Part shown: positions 62,001 to 64,000 of the stretch, in pieces
How positions within the stretch are numbered: the stretch's first letter is position 1
Layout of the letters: each line of letters starts with the position of its first letter
Assembly (NCBI RefSeq): GCF_006345805.1
Contig: NW_021832227.1
Span: forward strand, 186,001 to 250,000
Direction: 5' to 3'
Length of the DNA stretch: 64,000 nt
Source of the DNA: Octopus sinensis
Lineage: Eukaryota
Notes under the pieces: model-generated
Told to the model about the DNA's origin: nothing
The model's database searches: none
Seen by the model: the letters and a program-made list of their open reading frames with translations, nothing else
Translations under genes and position numbers: made by a program

Positions 62001-64000
62001 CAGGTGGAATGTGAGCGGATAGTCAAGTGGAGGGGTGAATTGAACATTCCTCGACTGTCGGGGGACTATTTGTATTGCCTGGTAAACCAGTGTCTTGTTG
62101 ACTGTTCGGTAAAGTGTATTTGATAACATAAATAGGAGTCAATATTGGTATATTCTGATTTGTGGAAGAGTAATATTGGTCGTGTGTGTGAAGTAGTGCT
62201 GTCTATGGGAAGTTGGGGGAGAACACGTGTGGAGTGGGTGACCCAGTTTGTCCGGACTGTCAAGTCATTGTGGAATTATTTGGGAAAGTTACACGTATAT
62301 TGAGGACTCTATTGAAGGAGTGCCACAACTCCCGGATTCGTCAAATTCTTACCACTGTCGATTCACTACACAGAACCAAACAGGCCCGAACTGAACAAAT
62401 CGAGCAACTAAATAGGCAAAGAAATGTCATTGCCCAGAAGTGTGAGCAAGTAAAGTCTCGGCCAGCTGAAAAAAAGAACAAACCCCCAAAAATTAAACTT
62501 ACCAACCAGCAACTCAACATGGTCAAATTACCCGATATTCAACTTGCCTCAGTCATTTGGTTGTACTCATTGTAGGCCACTCGTTTGTGCCAACTGGCAG
62601 TTCAAATGTACAAGAACCTGAGTATTTATGACTTTGAAGAAATGAGGAGCTACTTCCGCCCTCCTCCGACAGTTGTTTCCATAGCCTCTTGCATTTGTCG
62701 CATGTTCAAACAAAGGCCATGTTGGGAGGACGCGAAAAGACTGTTTTTGTCTAATCGATTTTTCGAAAAGATGGAATTCTACGACAAAGATGCAGTCGAC
62801 ACTTCTCTCCTCACCCACCTCCGTAAATTCACTGAGAACCCACGTTTTGCTCCCGAAGCAGTGGGGAATGTAAGCAGAGCAGCAGTGTCCTTGTCCATGT
62901 GGATTCATGGGGTGTATAGCTACGCCAGTTTTAAACACTCTTCGACTCCCAAAGACGTCTACAATTTCCACCCACAGTTTAGAGATCAACTATACAAGGA
63001 GGAATCACTCCAAGACGAGTTGGTGGACATACAACAACAACTCACCAAAATTTGCGAGCAGATTAAAGTAAGCCTCACTACTTTCTCCAGGAACAAGAAC
63101 TTAAACTGACACGACTTGCCAACTTGCTGACCAATCTTGATCTTTTTACTATTCAATGGAAGGCACAACTCGACAATAACAATTTTATTGGTGAGGACAT
63201 TTAACTGACTTGAGGCCACGTGCTGTACTGTGCGGCTATGTTCAGATGTTGTGGGGAGATGACAGAATCAGACCGACAGGTTTTCGAGAAAAAAATATTT
63301 GACATTCTCAACCAAATTTTTGAGTGGAATCTTGAAATGGATGAAACCCTCAAATACAACAACAGCCACTTGGACGCCTTGTTGAGTGGACATGTGCACA
63401 AGGAATATTGGCGACTGGACGAAATACTTTTCGACCGAGAGCAGCAATATCACATTCAATACAAGTTCAGGTCTCCACATGCAATACAAAATTATGCACT
63501 CTTCACTCTCGCCCACATCCTCAACGATCAAAGCGAGTGGGCCTTGTTTGTGGACCCCCAAAATAAGATCTCCGACTACATCGACGAGTCGGTCGTCTCT
63601 TTGAGAGATAGGAAAGATAGAGTTAGGGAGGCGATAAAGAATGGTAGTTTTATCCAACCACGTTCAAGGGAGCCGCCTTGTCGTTACTGACATTGATGGA
63701 GAATGCCCACATCTCATCACTAAAGACTTTGAATCCTCCCCTTATCCCACTGTCTTCATCGAGACAGACCCAATTGTCGTCCACCCTGACTTTAGTTTGG
63801 TCGTCACGTCCTTTGACCACCATGTGTCCACATCCTTGTCTCCTATTATCGACCTCCGGGACAGTCCCACTGAGCGTCTGGCAGCGTTGGATAGAGAACT
63901 GACGAAAAAAGTGGGCTTGGATGGTCAGGAAGAGACAATTGCACGCCGTCTGTTAGAACTTGGATTGGAGTCTCTACAAATATTTGTATTGGACTAGTCT
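56008..64000 (+). CDS. Highly divergent axonemal-type dynein heavy chain (DNHD1/inner-arm-like), incomplete at 3' end
   Basis: CPQFYFL.D.EL.ELL (end of DHC_N2), AAA2 GPSCSGKT, AAA3 GPRGCGKT, stalk/MTBD E.RSY..PP..V...W..AK.L...F....YDKD...F.PE.V..VS.AA.SL..W; many short introns; start codon uncertain. Confidence 0.85.

Noticed and set aside
1-64000. Prokaryotic systems (CRISPR array, retron, DGR, group II intron) suggested by the RT and repeats
   Set aside because: The sequence is intron-containing eukaryotic DNA; the RT carries non-LTR RLE and zinc-knuckle domains; no regularly spaced repeat-spacer array was seen.

Overview
AT-rich eukaryotic (metazoan) genomic DNA with very compact genes and tiny spliceosomal introns (mostly 21-31 nt). 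Tiny introns plus an animal-type FERM-PTP and an axonemal-type dynein suggest a highly reduced ciliated animal such as a dicyemid; this is inference only. Recognisable genes: M1 aminopeptidase (x2), FERM-PTP of PTPN14/21 type (x2), CXXC zinc-finger protein (one intact, one 5'-truncated), TFIIF-beta, a GT31 glycosyltransferase, a TFAM-like HMG protein, intronless WDR7, GPD2, an SRSF4/5/6-like protein, a stand-alone I29 protease inhibitor, DNAJB9, POLD2, SURF1, DDX18 and a divergent dynein heavy chain running off the right end. Positions 1-8763 are repeated at 16819-25565. Intergenic space is full of mobile-element debris: one nearly complete CRE-clade RT+RLE retrotransposon and seven CRE fragments, RTE- and Jockey/I-like LINE pieces, pogo/Tigger and hAT remnants, and a TG...CA MITE with a 5-bp TSD. 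Most notable observations: homology-supported introns with non-canonical GG-AG and GA-AG ends alongside GC-AG introns; an SR protein without an RS domain; a dynein heavy chain whose AAA1 Walker A is lost; a duplicated PTP pseudophosphatase; a microhomology junction for the duplication; recurrent tail-to-tail LINE pairs. All exon structures and family assignments were read by eye from memory of family consensus; no database search was run.
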